Assembly: GCA_032250835.1 (NCBI GenBank)
Contig: JAVVEA010000005.1
Span: 96,001-160,000 of the forward strand
Direction of reading: 5' to 3'
DNA: 64,000 nt
From: a bacterium
Lineage (GTDB): Bacteria > SAR324 > XYD2-FULL-50-16
Below the pieces are notes generated by a model that saw nothing but the letters and a program-made list of their open reading frames with translations, ran no database searches and was not told the DNA's origin. This document shows positions 55,987-64,000 of the stretch, piece after piece. Numbering within the stretch: the first letter of the stretch is position 1; every line of letters starts with the position of its first letter. The translations under genes were made by a program, and so were the position numbers.

Positions 55987-57066
55987 ATGGCTGAAAGCGG
56001 CGGACAGGAAAAAACAGAGGCCCCAACCCAGAAAAAGCGCGACGACGCCCGCGAAGAGGGTCAAGTTGCCTTTTCCAAGGAGTTGTCCAGCGTAGCCCTC
56101 TTGGGCAGCTTTTTGTTGCTCTTCTGGTTTGCCAGTTCGAGCATGCTGGGCGCTTACCGCGACGCCTTTGTCCATTCCTTCACCAACTTAGATCAGGGCG
56201 AGTTCAACCCGGCGTTGATGGAACAAATGGTGGACTCGATTTTTGAAAGCGCCACCATCCTGGTCGGCCCTTTCTTCTTGACCGCCTTGGTCATCGGTGT
56301 CTTTGCCAGTGTGGTCCAGGTGGGCTTTAAGATCACCGGCAAACCCTTGATGCCCAAGCTAGACAAGCTCAGCCCCCTCAAAGGTATCCAAAGAATTTTT
56401 TCCAAGCAGGCCTTAAGCGAACTCTTTAAATCGCTCTTTAAAATGGGTCTGATCGGTTATATTGGTTGGTACACCTTCATCCAATATGATCAGGAAATGC
56501 ATAACCTGATTGATCAAGACCCGGTTGTCTTGTTGGGCATTGTGGGTAAAATCACCGGAGTCTTTACCTTCCGTCTCTTTTTAGCCCTATTGATTTTGGC
56601 TTTGGCTGACTACCTGTTCCAGCGTTGGGATTTGGAACAGAAGCTGATGATGAGCAAGCAGGACGTAAAAGAAGAAATGAAGCAGTCCGAAGGCGACCCT
56701 CAGCTAAAGGCCCGCATCCGCCAAATCCAGCAGTCCATGAGCCAAGCGCGGATGATGCAGGAGGTGCCCAAGGCGGATGTAGTGGTCAGCAACCCGACCC
56801 ACTTCGCCATCGCCATGAAATACGACCGCGAGACGATGGTGGCTCCGCAGGTGATGGCCAAAGGCGCGGACCATATGGCATTAAGGATCATCGAAATCGC
56901 CCAGGAAAACGGCGTGCTGGTCTACCAATCGCCTCAGGTAGCGCGGGGCCTATACTTCCAGGTCGAGGTTGGCGACGGTATCCCCGAAGGCTTTTATAAA
57001 GCTGTCGCCGAGATCCTGGCCTTTGTTTTCAAAGCCAAGGCCAAGACAAAGGGCAAAAGGCGTTAG
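55987..57066 (+). CDS. flhB: Flagellar biosynthetic protein FlhB
   Basis: EKTEAPT.KK..DAREEGQV, MSKQDVKEE.KQSEGDP, NPTH autocleavage motif. Confidence 0.97.
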   Translation: MAESGGQEKTEAPTQKKRDDAREEGQVAFSKELSSVALLGSFLLLFWFASSSMLGAYRDAFVHSFTNLDQGEFNPALMEQMVDSIFESATILVGPFFLTALVIGVFASVVQVGFKITGKPLMPKLDKLSPLKGIQRIFSKQALSELFKSLFKMGLIGYIGWYTFIQYDQEMHNLIDQDPVVLLGIVGKITGVFTFRLFLALLILALADYLFQRWDLEQKLMMSKQDVKEEMKQSEGDPQLKARIRQIQQSMSQARMMQEVPKADVVVSNPTHFAIAMKYDRETMVAPQVMAKGADHMALRIIEIAQENGVLVYQSPQVARGLYFQVEVGDGIPEGFYKAVAEILAFVFKAKAKTKGKRR

Positions 57067-57213
57067 CGCCCCCTGGTTTTTGGCCTAAATCTTTCATACT
57101 CCCCTCATAAGACCACTGCCGGATACCCGGCAGGACCACCCAAGGAAGGGCGGGTACAGGTATTTCAAGGATGTGCCGCAGGAATTGCCGCAAATGGATG
57201 CAGGTTGCCGACT

Positions 57214-57229
57214 TTGTACGGCCCTTGCA
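57214..57229 (+). promoter_or_regulatory. Imperfect sigma54-like promoter upstream of flhA
   Basis: TTGTACGGCCCTTGCA (first G of GG mismatched), preceded by TGCCGCA repeats. A second imperfect site, TGGCCTAAATCTTTCA, is at 57081. Confidence 0.4.
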
Positions 57230-57309
57230 TGGATGACTCTTAATCAAGACGACTCTGGTTCGATCGATTCGAGCCGCCCTGGCGACCAACCAACTACTTA
57301 GAACCCGGC

Positions 57310-59415
57310 ATGGCCCTATCACTTTCCAGCGCAACCTCCGCCGCCCCAAAGAATCGGTTTTTAAGTCCAGACTTCGCGCTGGCCGTCGGGTTGATTTTGA
57401 TCTTGGCGGTGATGATTCTCCCGCTGCCTGCGGTGATCTTAGACGTGCTCTTCGCGTTAAACATCACCTTCAGTATTTTGATCCTCTTTGTGGCCCTTTA
57501 TAGCCTCAAGCCCCTAGACTTCTCGGTCTTCCCCTCCATCTTATTGGTCACCACCCTGGCACGGCTCTCACTCAACGTGGCCAGTACCCGGGCGATCTTG
57601 ACCAACGGCAAGCAAGGCACCGGCGCGGCGGGGAATGTGATTCAGGCCTTCGGCTCTTACGTAGTTGGCGGTAACTACCTGATCGGTATCATCGTCTTCT
57701 TGATCTTGGTGTTGATCAACTTTATCGTGATCACCAAAGGTTCGGGCCGTATTGCAGAAGTGGCCGCTAGGTTTACCTTGGACGCTATGCCCGGTAAGCA
57801 GATGGCCATCGACGCCGACCTAAACGCAGGCATTATCAACGAAGTCGAGGCCCAACGCCGCCGCCGTGAAATCCAACACGAAGCAGACTTCTTCGGTGCT
57901 ATGGACGGTGCATCCAAATTCGTCCGTGGTGACGCCATTGCTGGCTTGATCATCACCACCATCAACATTATCGGCGGTTTGGTTTTAGGCGTGCTCTTTT
58001 ACAACATGAGCCTCGCCAATGCGGCCACTACCTTCACCAGCCTAACCATCGGTGACGGCTTGGTGGGTCAGATTCCCGCCCTGATCATCTCGATCTCGGC
58101 CGGTATGGTGATCTCCAAAGCCGGTGCCCAAAACCGTTTAGGGGTAGATTTTGGCCTGCAACTTTTTGGCAACCCCTTTGCCATGATGCTGGCGGCTGGT
58201 GCCTTAGCTATGTTTGCCATGGTGCCGGGCATGCCGAAGGCGACGTTCATCTCCTTGGCTGCCTTGATCGCCTTTGTGGCCTGGAGAACCAAAAACAAAT
58301 ATGCCGAAGCCGAACGGGTCCAACTGGTCCAGACTGAGGCCGCCGAGGCGACTGAGGCCGAGGAATCTAGCGAAAGCATTGTGGATCTTTTGCCCATCGA
58401 CACTTTGGGCTTAGAGTTAGGTTACGCCTTGATCCCGCTGGTTGATGCGGACCAAGACGGGGAACTGTTAGAGCGGGTCAAGGCAATCCGGCGGCAGGTG
58501 GCCTTGGACATGGGCTTTGTGGTGCCTCCGGTACACATCAAAGACAACTTGCAGCTTGAGCCCGGCGCGTACAGTGTCGTGATCAAAGGCATCGAGGTCG
58601 GCAAAGGCGAAATGATGATCGACCACTTCTTAGCCATGCAGGCGGGCGAAGTGGACGAAGAGGTCGACGGCATCCCCACCACCGAACCGGCCTTCGGCCT
58701 GCCAGCGCTTTGGATCAGCGAGGCGGACAAGGAAAAGGCACAAATCGCAGGTTATACGGTGGTTGACATCCCGACGGTGGTCAGCACCCATTTGACCGAG
58801 ATCATCCGCAGCCACTCGCCGGAGTTCTTGGGCCGCCAAGAGGTCCAGAAGGTACTCGACAAAGTGGCTTCTACGGAGCCCAAGTTGGTCGAGGAATTGA
58901 TCCCCGATTTATTGGGGTTAGGTACTATCCAGCGGGTTCTTCAAGCTTTGCTCAAAGAAAACGTCTCGATCCGCGACATGAACACGGTCTTGGAAGTGTT
59001 GGCCGACACGGCTCAATACACCAAGGTGCCCGAGATTTTGGTGGAGCACGTCCGCGAAGGACTAGCCCGCAGCATCACACGCCAGTACCAAAACCAAGAA
59101 GGGATTGTGCCAGTGATGACCTTGAGTCAAGACATGGAGCACATGATCGTCGAGGCGATCCAAGACACCGGTCAAGGGACCTTCTTAGGGATTGCGCCCG
59201 AAGACGCTCAGCGCATCATCGAAGCCATCGAACAGGGCATCGAGGCCTTCAATATGTACAACTACCAACCGGTGATCCTGTGCGGCCCTCAGGCCCGCAT
59301 CCAGGTCAAACGGCTGACCGAACGGGCGATCCCCAACTTAGCGGTGATCAGCCACAACGAGATTGCCTCAGAAGTGCAGGTCGAATCGCTAGGCAACATC
59401 GACTTTGTCAGCTAA
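57310..59415 (+). CDS. flhA: Flagellar biosynthesis protein FlhA
   Basis: RLSLNVASTR, RIAEVAARFTLDAMPGKQMAIDADL, GAMDGASKFVRGD, EPAFGLPALWI. Confidence 0.98.
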   Translation: MALSLSSATSAAPKNRFLSPDFALAVGLILILAVMILPLPAVILDVLFALNITFSILILFVALYSLKPLDFSVFPSILLVTTLARLSLNVASTRAILTNGKQGTGAAGNVIQAFGSYVVGGNYLIGIIVFLILVLINFIVITKGSGRIAEVAARFTLDAMPGKQMAIDADLNAGIINEVEAQRRRREIQHEADFFGAMDGASKFVRGDAIAGLIITTINIIGGLVLGVLFYNMSLANAATTFTSLTIGDGLVGQIPALIISISAGMVISKAGAQNRLGVDFGLQLFGNPFAMMLAAGALAMFAMVPGMPKATFISLAALIAFVAWRTKNKYAEAERVQLVQTEAAEATEAEESSESIVDLLPIDTLGLELGYALIPLVDADQDGELLERVKAIRRQVALDMGFVVPPVHIKDNLQLEPGAYSVVIKGIEVGKGEMMIDHFLAMQAGEVDEEVDGIPTTEPAFGLPALWISEADKEKAQIAGYTVVDIPTVVSTHLTEIIRSHSPEFLGRQEVQKVLDKVASTEPKLVEELIPDLLGLGTIQRVLQALLKENVSIRDMNTVLEVLADTAQYTKVPEILVEHVREGLARSITRQYQNQEGIVPVMTLSQDMEHMIVEAIQDTGQGTFLGIAPEDAQRIIEAIEQGIEAFNMYNYQPVILCGPQARIQVKRLTERAIPNLAVISHNEIASEVQVESLGNIDFVS

Positions 59416-59434
59416 CAGGCCCCAGCTTTAAAAG

Positions 59435-59461
59435 AGCCCCCTACCCTGGGGGCTTTTTTTT
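59435..59461 (+). terminator. Rho-independent terminator after flhA
   Basis: AGCCCCC-TACCCT-GGGGGCT followed by a T-run. Confidence 0.88.
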
Positions 59462-59877
59462 GCCCAAAAATCGGCAGTGCCCGCTTAATGGGCTCAAAAA
59501 ACTCTGCGCTAGGGCCTCTAGGCGGCTCTAGAAAGCAAATTCCCTGGTCCGCTGCACTCACCATCATCAGGACAATTTGCCGGTCCTGGGGTGCCGAAAA
59601 GTTAGGTGAGACCAAAGCGTCTGGGGAGAGGGATCGTTGTTGGTTGGTGAGCCCCCCCTGCGTTTGGGGCGCACAGCAAGCAAAAGAGCGATTTGCAGCC
59701 CCTTGAGCAAGGGGCTCAGCAGAGCATTAGGCGAGGACTGATATCTTTTGGGGAGGCGGCATTCCACCAGCAAACAAGCCGGCGGCAGACGACCACCCGG
59801 GCCAGGGCATCGGAGCCATCAACGCGGTCGAAGGGGTTTTTATTGCAGCTCCCAAAGCAAGGCTGGCAAGGTTGTGG

Positions 59878-60570
59878 TCACGATTTCGGGTCCTTTGGTT
59901 TGACCTCAATTGTGTTTGCGCTCTGCAAATCCAGGAGGTCATTGAGATTGCCAAAAATCTGTCGGATGTCTTTCGGCGGGTTTTTCATGCTGCACCGCCG
60001 CATCAAATCCCCATCGCGGAAAGCGATCACCACCCGGTCAATCTCCAAGATCGGCTCTAGAAGATTCTTTTTTACAGACCGCAAAAAGATCATACCCGCC
60101 ATAAAGGTGGCGGTCGCCATAAAAACGACGCCCCAAGCCCCAGCATATCCTAATTGCTTGGCCTTGGCGTCTGCCCGGTGCATAGCCGCTCGGTTGATGG
60201 CCCCTAGCTCAACGATGGCCTCCACCGTTTGTTTGAGCGCCCGGTCGTTGCCCTGGAAAGCCGCTTGATAATGCTGGGCTATTTTTTTTATGACCCTAGG
60301 TTCTTCTTGCTCAGTGATATTGTTGGATGCTTTGTTCAAAGCGTCGCGAAAAGATTCAATGGAAAACTCCGCTCGGTCCTCATCACTCTCTGTCATTAAA
60401 AGGCTGGACAGCATCCCCTCAGAAGCTTCTAGGGACACCTCATTCTGGTTGATAATGACGTCGATTGCCGGAGCCATCCGCATAAAGACCCAGATAGATC
60501 CAAAAGCGATCAAGAGATTGAGGGCGATCAGAAGCCAGGCACCGACTTTCACGGATTGTGCGAGTTTCAT
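59878..60570 (-). CDS. Membrane protein: TM, four-helix periplasmic domain, TM, HAMP; no output domain
   Basis: TM1 LLIALNLLIAFGSIW, NNITE.EE motif, TM2, LLEP..EI.......DGD...R.....KDI..I...LN.LLD. Confidence 0.8.
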   Translation of the reverse strand: MKLAQSVKVGAWLLIALNLLIAFGSIWVFMRMAPAIDVIINQNEVSLEASEGMLSSLLMTESDEDRAEFSIESFRDALNKASNNITEQEEPRVIKKIAQHYQAAFQGNDRALKQTVEAIVELGAINRAAMHRADAKAKQLGYAGAWGVVFMATATFMAGMIFLRSVKKNLLEPILEIDRVVIAFRDGDLMRRCSMKNPPKDIRQIFGNLNDLLDLQSANTIEVKPKDPKS

Positions 60571-61232
60571 GATTGGAAGCTCTTAGTCAATTTGGGGATA
60601 GCCGCCTCATTGGAGACAATGATCAGGTGGTCATTTTCCTGCAAAGGATCGATCGGTGATGGATGAAGAATTTTGGGCGGAATTCCTCTGCGGATGCCAA
60701 CCACCATGATACCAAAATGCTTCGGCAACGAAAGCTCGATGAGGTTTTTGCCAATCATGGCCGGTTGCACCCGAATCTCTGTTAGATTCAGGTCTTCCCC
60801 TAGATTAGTATCGACCACCACATCTTTATACAACAGCCGGTTGGCAAAGCGTTTGCCGAACTCACGCTCAGGGTTGATGATCTGGTGCGCACCGACCAGC
60901 TTCAAGATGCGCTGGTGCATCTTGTCATTGGCCCGCGCAATGACTACCGGAGCGCCCATCTGGCGCAACAGAGCGGTACAGATGATGGATGCTTCCTTTG
61001 AGTCATCGCCAATCGCGCAAACCGCAGAGTCCCTCTTAGCGGGCTCTAGGCGCGCCAGTTCAGCCTCGTCGGTGCCGTCAACAACCAAGGCCTCTGCCAC
61101 AAAGGCCGAGGCCTCCTCGACAAGATTCCGGTTGGTATCGATGGCCAGCACCTCAGCTCCCTTTTCGGAGAGCGTTGAGGCCAGAGACATCCCGAAATGG
61201 CCCAGGCCGATAATCAATATTTGTTGTGCCAT
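60567..61232 (-). CDS. ktrA: Ktr/Trk potassium uptake RCK regulatory subunit
   Basis: IIGLGHFG, VLAID, AIGD, ARA....H..IL..VGA..II.PE, C-terminal RCK_C. Confidence 0.9.
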   Translation of the reverse strand: MAQQILIIGLGHFGMSLASTLSEKGAEVLAIDTNRNLVEEASAFVAEALVVDGTDEAELARLEPAKRDSAVCAIGDDSKEASIICTALLRQMGAPVVIARANDKMHQRILKLVGAHQIINPEREFGKRFANRLLYKDVVVDTNLGEDLNLTEIRVQPAMIGKNLIELSLPKHFGIMVVGIRRGIPPKILHPSPIDPLQENDHLIIVSNEAAIPKLTKSFQS

Positions 61233-61248
61233 AGGTGGATCTCGCTAC

Positions 61249-63252
61249 TTAAGTGATGGATACGCTGATCATCGGATGCCGGTTATCGGCAATGGCCTGT
61301 TCATCGTTTAAAAGCATAAATAAAGTAATCGGCCCGATCCGCCCGGCGAACATGGCAAAGATGATGATAACCTTGCCGATGGCGTCCAGCAATGAGGTTG
61401 CTCCGGTAGACAGACCAACGGTGGCGAGGGCCGAGGTGGCCTCAAAAATCAAGTCCCTAGCGGGGATTTCCTGGGTCACTTGCAGCATCAAGACGACCCC
61501 AAACCATATCGCCCCCCCTGCCCCCAGAACGGTGATGGCGCGGTAGATCGTCGCCGATTGGATCCGCCGGTTTTGGAAGATGATCTGGTTTCTATTGGTG
61601 ATATTGGACCAAAAGGTCAGGGCCAAGATACTGATGGTCGTGGTTTTTACGCCACCGGCGGTCCCTCCTGGACTGCCGCCGATAAACATAAAGGCGGTCA
61701 TGATCAGAAACATGGGGCCTGATATACTGGCGATATCGACGGAATTAAATCCCGCAGTGCGCAAGGTAACGGACTGGAACCAGGCATTCTGTATTTTATC
61801 GCTTAGGGACAATCCCCCCAAGACGCCGTTCCATTCGAAGGCGAGCACAAAAAAAGTCCCTCCGGCCAGCAAAATAACGGTGGTGATCAAGGCCAGCCTG
61901 GGGGCAATCGGAACGGGCTTTCGGCTCAGCCATCTAGGCACCATCAAACTAGTCGCCGGTGCCATCCCCCCGGAAACGATCAGTCCCGCCACAATATGCA
62001 GGACCCAAGGGTTGGATTGGTAGGGAATCAAGCTGTCGGTTTGCAGGGCAAATCCCGCATTGCAAAAGGCCGATACGGCAGTGAACAATCCCCGCCAAAT
62101 AGCTTGGCTGATGGGATCTCCCTCGGCGTAAAACAGTAGGCTCAGGAACAGGGCACCTAAAACTTCGGCCACCAGAGTAAACTTGAGGATCGTGGCCAGC
62201 GCCTGGAGCAGGTCCTGATGGCTGGTATCGGTCATCGCCACCAACAGCCGCTCATGTCTAAGGCTCAACCGACGGCCCATAACTTGTAGGGCTATAGTCG
62301 TGATGCTCATGATGCCAAGACCACCAAGCTGGATCAGCAACAAGATAAATATCTGGCCCAGGAGCGTAAAATCGTTGGGCGTATCGAGCACGATCAGGCC
62401 GGTCACACAGACCGCACTGACGGCGGTAAAGACCGCATCGATCAATTCAATAGTACCCCCTTGCGTCGATGCTGGAATCATGAGCAACAGGGTACCGGCC
62501 AGACTAAGGAGAAAAAAGGTGGCGAACAAAATTCGTCCTGGGTGGTCGCCTAACATGTCCCACCAATGATCTTCGCGACCCTGTTTGTTGGGCTTTCGCG
62601 GAATCATTAAGAAGCTGATGAAACTCGTCAGGCTAACCAAAACCGCAATCACCTGGACCGAAGGCCAGAACAACATGAGGGCGAGGGCCCACAGGGTGAA
62701 GGCCGCAGCAACAATGCGCCACTTCAACCGACCATTCACCGCCCAATGGAGAAAAAGAACTTGAGCAATCAACGAGGAGGCGGCAACGCTGTAGCGTGCT
62801 GGAGAACCGGCAGGCAACTCTAATAACAGAAAGGCGGCCACTACGGCCGGTACGGTCAGGGCCGCCCAACGAGCGCGCTGGAGGCAACGCGCGGCATGAT
62901 TATTCCGGTCTTCGTTTTTGCTGATGTCAAAGTCAAACAACAAGACCAGGACAAAAACCAGACCAACCAAACCGGTAAGCGCAGCAAAGGGATCTCTTGA
63001 AAGGTAGGGGAAGGCTGCCGAAAAGCTCGCCACCGAAGCCCCTGTAGCTAGTACTTTAGCGAACCGGGGGCGACGAAAAATGGTCAAAGCGAACAGAAAG
63101 CAAGAGGCCACCGCAAGGGCCGAAAAGGCCCCCCGCCAAACCGGTGGATATCCCGATTCAACCCCGAGAAAAGAGAGCACAAACAGGAAGGGAGAAAAAA
63201 CCATGAGGGTTCCTTCTAAACCTATCTTTGAAATATATGCTCTTGATTTCAT
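61249..63252 (-). CDS. ktrB: Ktr/Trk potassium uptake membrane subunit with N-terminal membrane extension
   Basis: SAVCVTGL, SAFCNAGF, LRTAGFN, GGSPGGTAGGVKTTT, SALATVGLS, MFAGRIGP. Confidence 0.9.
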   Translation of the reverse strand: MKSRAYISKIGLEGTLMVFSPFLFVLSFLGVESGYPPVWRGAFSALAVASCFLFALTIFRRPRFAKVLATGASVASFSAAFPYLSRDPFAALTGLVGLVFVLVLLFDFDISKNEDRNNHAARCLQRARWAALTVPAVVAAFLLLELPAGSPARYSVAASSLIAQVLFLHWAVNGRLKWRIVAAAFTLWALALMLFWPSVQVIAVLVSLTSFISFLMIPRKPNKQGREDHWWDMLGDHPGRILFATFFLLSLAGTLLLMIPASTQGGTIELIDAVFTAVSAVCVTGLIVLDTPNDFTLLGQIFILLLIQLGGLGIMSITTIALQVMGRRLSLRHERLLVAMTDTSHQDLLQALATILKFTLVAEVLGALFLSLLFYAEGDPISQAIWRGLFTAVSAFCNAGFALQTDSLIPYQSNPWVLHIVAGLIVSGGMAPATSLMVPRWLSRKPVPIAPRLALITTVILLAGGTFFVLAFEWNGVLGGLSLSDKIQNAWFQSVTLRTAGFNSVDIASISGPMFLIMTAFMFIGGSPGGTAGGVKTTTISILALTFWSNITNRNQIIFQNRRIQSATIYRAITVLGAGGAIWFGVVLMLQVTQEIPARDLIFEATSALATVGLSTGATSLLDAIGKVIIIFAMFAGRIGPITLFMLLNDEQAIADNRHPMISVSIT

Positions 63253-63317
63253 GACAATAGTAGTCCTGCTTCCTGCTTCTGTGAAGACTCTAGTTGACTA
63301 CGACCCTGAAACTTATC

Positions 63318-63346
63318 CTTATAGTTTTATTTATGCCTAGTGTCAA
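63318..63346 (-). promoter_or_regulatory. Near-consensus sigma70 promoter for the ktr operon
   Basis: Minus strand TTGACA-N17-TATAAG. Confidence 0.7.
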
Positions 63347-63747
63347 AGTGCTTTCACCTTTTCCTCCGTCCCATAGCTCAGCGCTGTGGTGCCCTTCGGG
63401 GTCCGGTCTTTGGGGTTTGCCCAGGTCTGCCTATTTCGATTCCAATGGGTGACTGCATCTGGTTTTTGGCTTAAGCACCAAGGCCGCCCAATAGCCGCCA
63501 AACACCTAGGTTAGACTGCAAAGGTTTTCTTTTTCCCTTATCACTCCCCGTAGGCTGTTAGCTTCGCGGAAAGACCGCGCGGGCTGTCCGCTTGCTTTGC
63601 CAAAAGTATAACGGATTCATCGTGGCTGGTGGGCTGAGGGCTCATCAATCAATCCCGGCCCTGGGCTTGGGTTGGTTTAGAAAAGCCCGAATCCAATCGG
63701 TTTGCTGGGCTACAAAGGCCTTTGAAAGTCAGCGGAATACTGGGGGC

Positions 63748-63778
63748 AAAACAAAAAAGCCCAGTAGAGCCGGGCTTT
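63748..63778 (-). terminator. Rho-independent terminator
   Basis: Minus strand AAAGCCCG-GCTCTAC-TGGGCTTT-TTTGTTTT after the stop at 63806. Confidence 0.75.
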
Positions 63779-63805
63779 GGTGCAGCTAAAAAGAGGGGGC
63801 CTAGG

Positions 63806-64000
63806 CTATTCTCCGTGGTCACGTTCCAAGCGAGCTTGAACCAACTCCAAGGCTTTCTTACGCACCGCAATCTTGGGCGAAAGCAAGGTTTTAAGGCCTT
63901 CACGTTCCTTTTCGTCACCCCGCGAATAGAGACGCAAACAGACCCGGAAGATGGCCTGCAAACGACGCTCTAACATCGAAGGTGACACCCCTGGATCAGA
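63806..64000 (-). CDS. 3' end of a gene entering from beyond the window
   Basis: Frame open from 64000 (SDPGVSPSMLERRL...RDHGE*), followed by a terminator. Confidence 0.65.
   Translation of the reverse strand, partial: SDPGVSPSMLERRLQAIFRVCLRLYSRGDEKEREGLKTLLSPKIAVRKKALELVQARLERDHGE

Noticed and set aside
63367-63453. tRNA-like sequence (GTCCCATAGCTCAG ... TTCGATTCC.ATGGG)
   Set aside because: The T-stem and anticodon stem do not pair and the D-loop lacks proper geometry.
63540-63600. c-di-AMP (ydaO) riboswitch ahead of ktrB
   Set aside because: Only an AGCTAAC fragment matches, the other conserved elements are missing, and it lies upstream of the predicted promoter.

Overview
Gene-dense bacterial chromosomal segment, GC moderately above 50% by eye. 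It is from a diderm, flagellated organism; a deltaproteobacterial-type lineage such as SAR324/Lambdaproteobacteria is my inference only. Most genes are housekeeping: gltX, fmt, hflX, tsaD, waaA, hemE, purM, dus, coaE, dcd, tgt, rnr, moaC, pyrF, aroC, dksA. There are two fragmented flagellar clusters, flgB-flgC-orf-fliE / fliF-fliH-fliI and fliR-flhB-flhA, with sigma54-type promoters. Standout: an intact three-gene group-1 [NiFe]-hydrogenase-like operon (23570-26547) whose catalytic end is systematically deleted. The large subunit has lost all four metal-binding Cys and the canopy Arg. The Tat-exported small subunit has lost all proximal-cluster Cys but keeps medial and distal cluster ligands. 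The cytochrome b keeps only one His pair. The operon sits just downstream of fliI in a tightly packed run. Other notable items: a plasmid Rep/TrfA-like protein coupled to fmt, a glutaredoxin-thioredoxin reductase fusion, three tandem helix-plus-8-strand beta-barrel paralogs, two tandem large OM-protein paralogs, a DUF104-like/PilZ fusion, an AT-hook protein, and a Ktr operon with an output-less HAMP sensor. I found no rRNA, tRNA, CRISPR array or transposase. All family assignments come from motif recognition by eye, not database searches.
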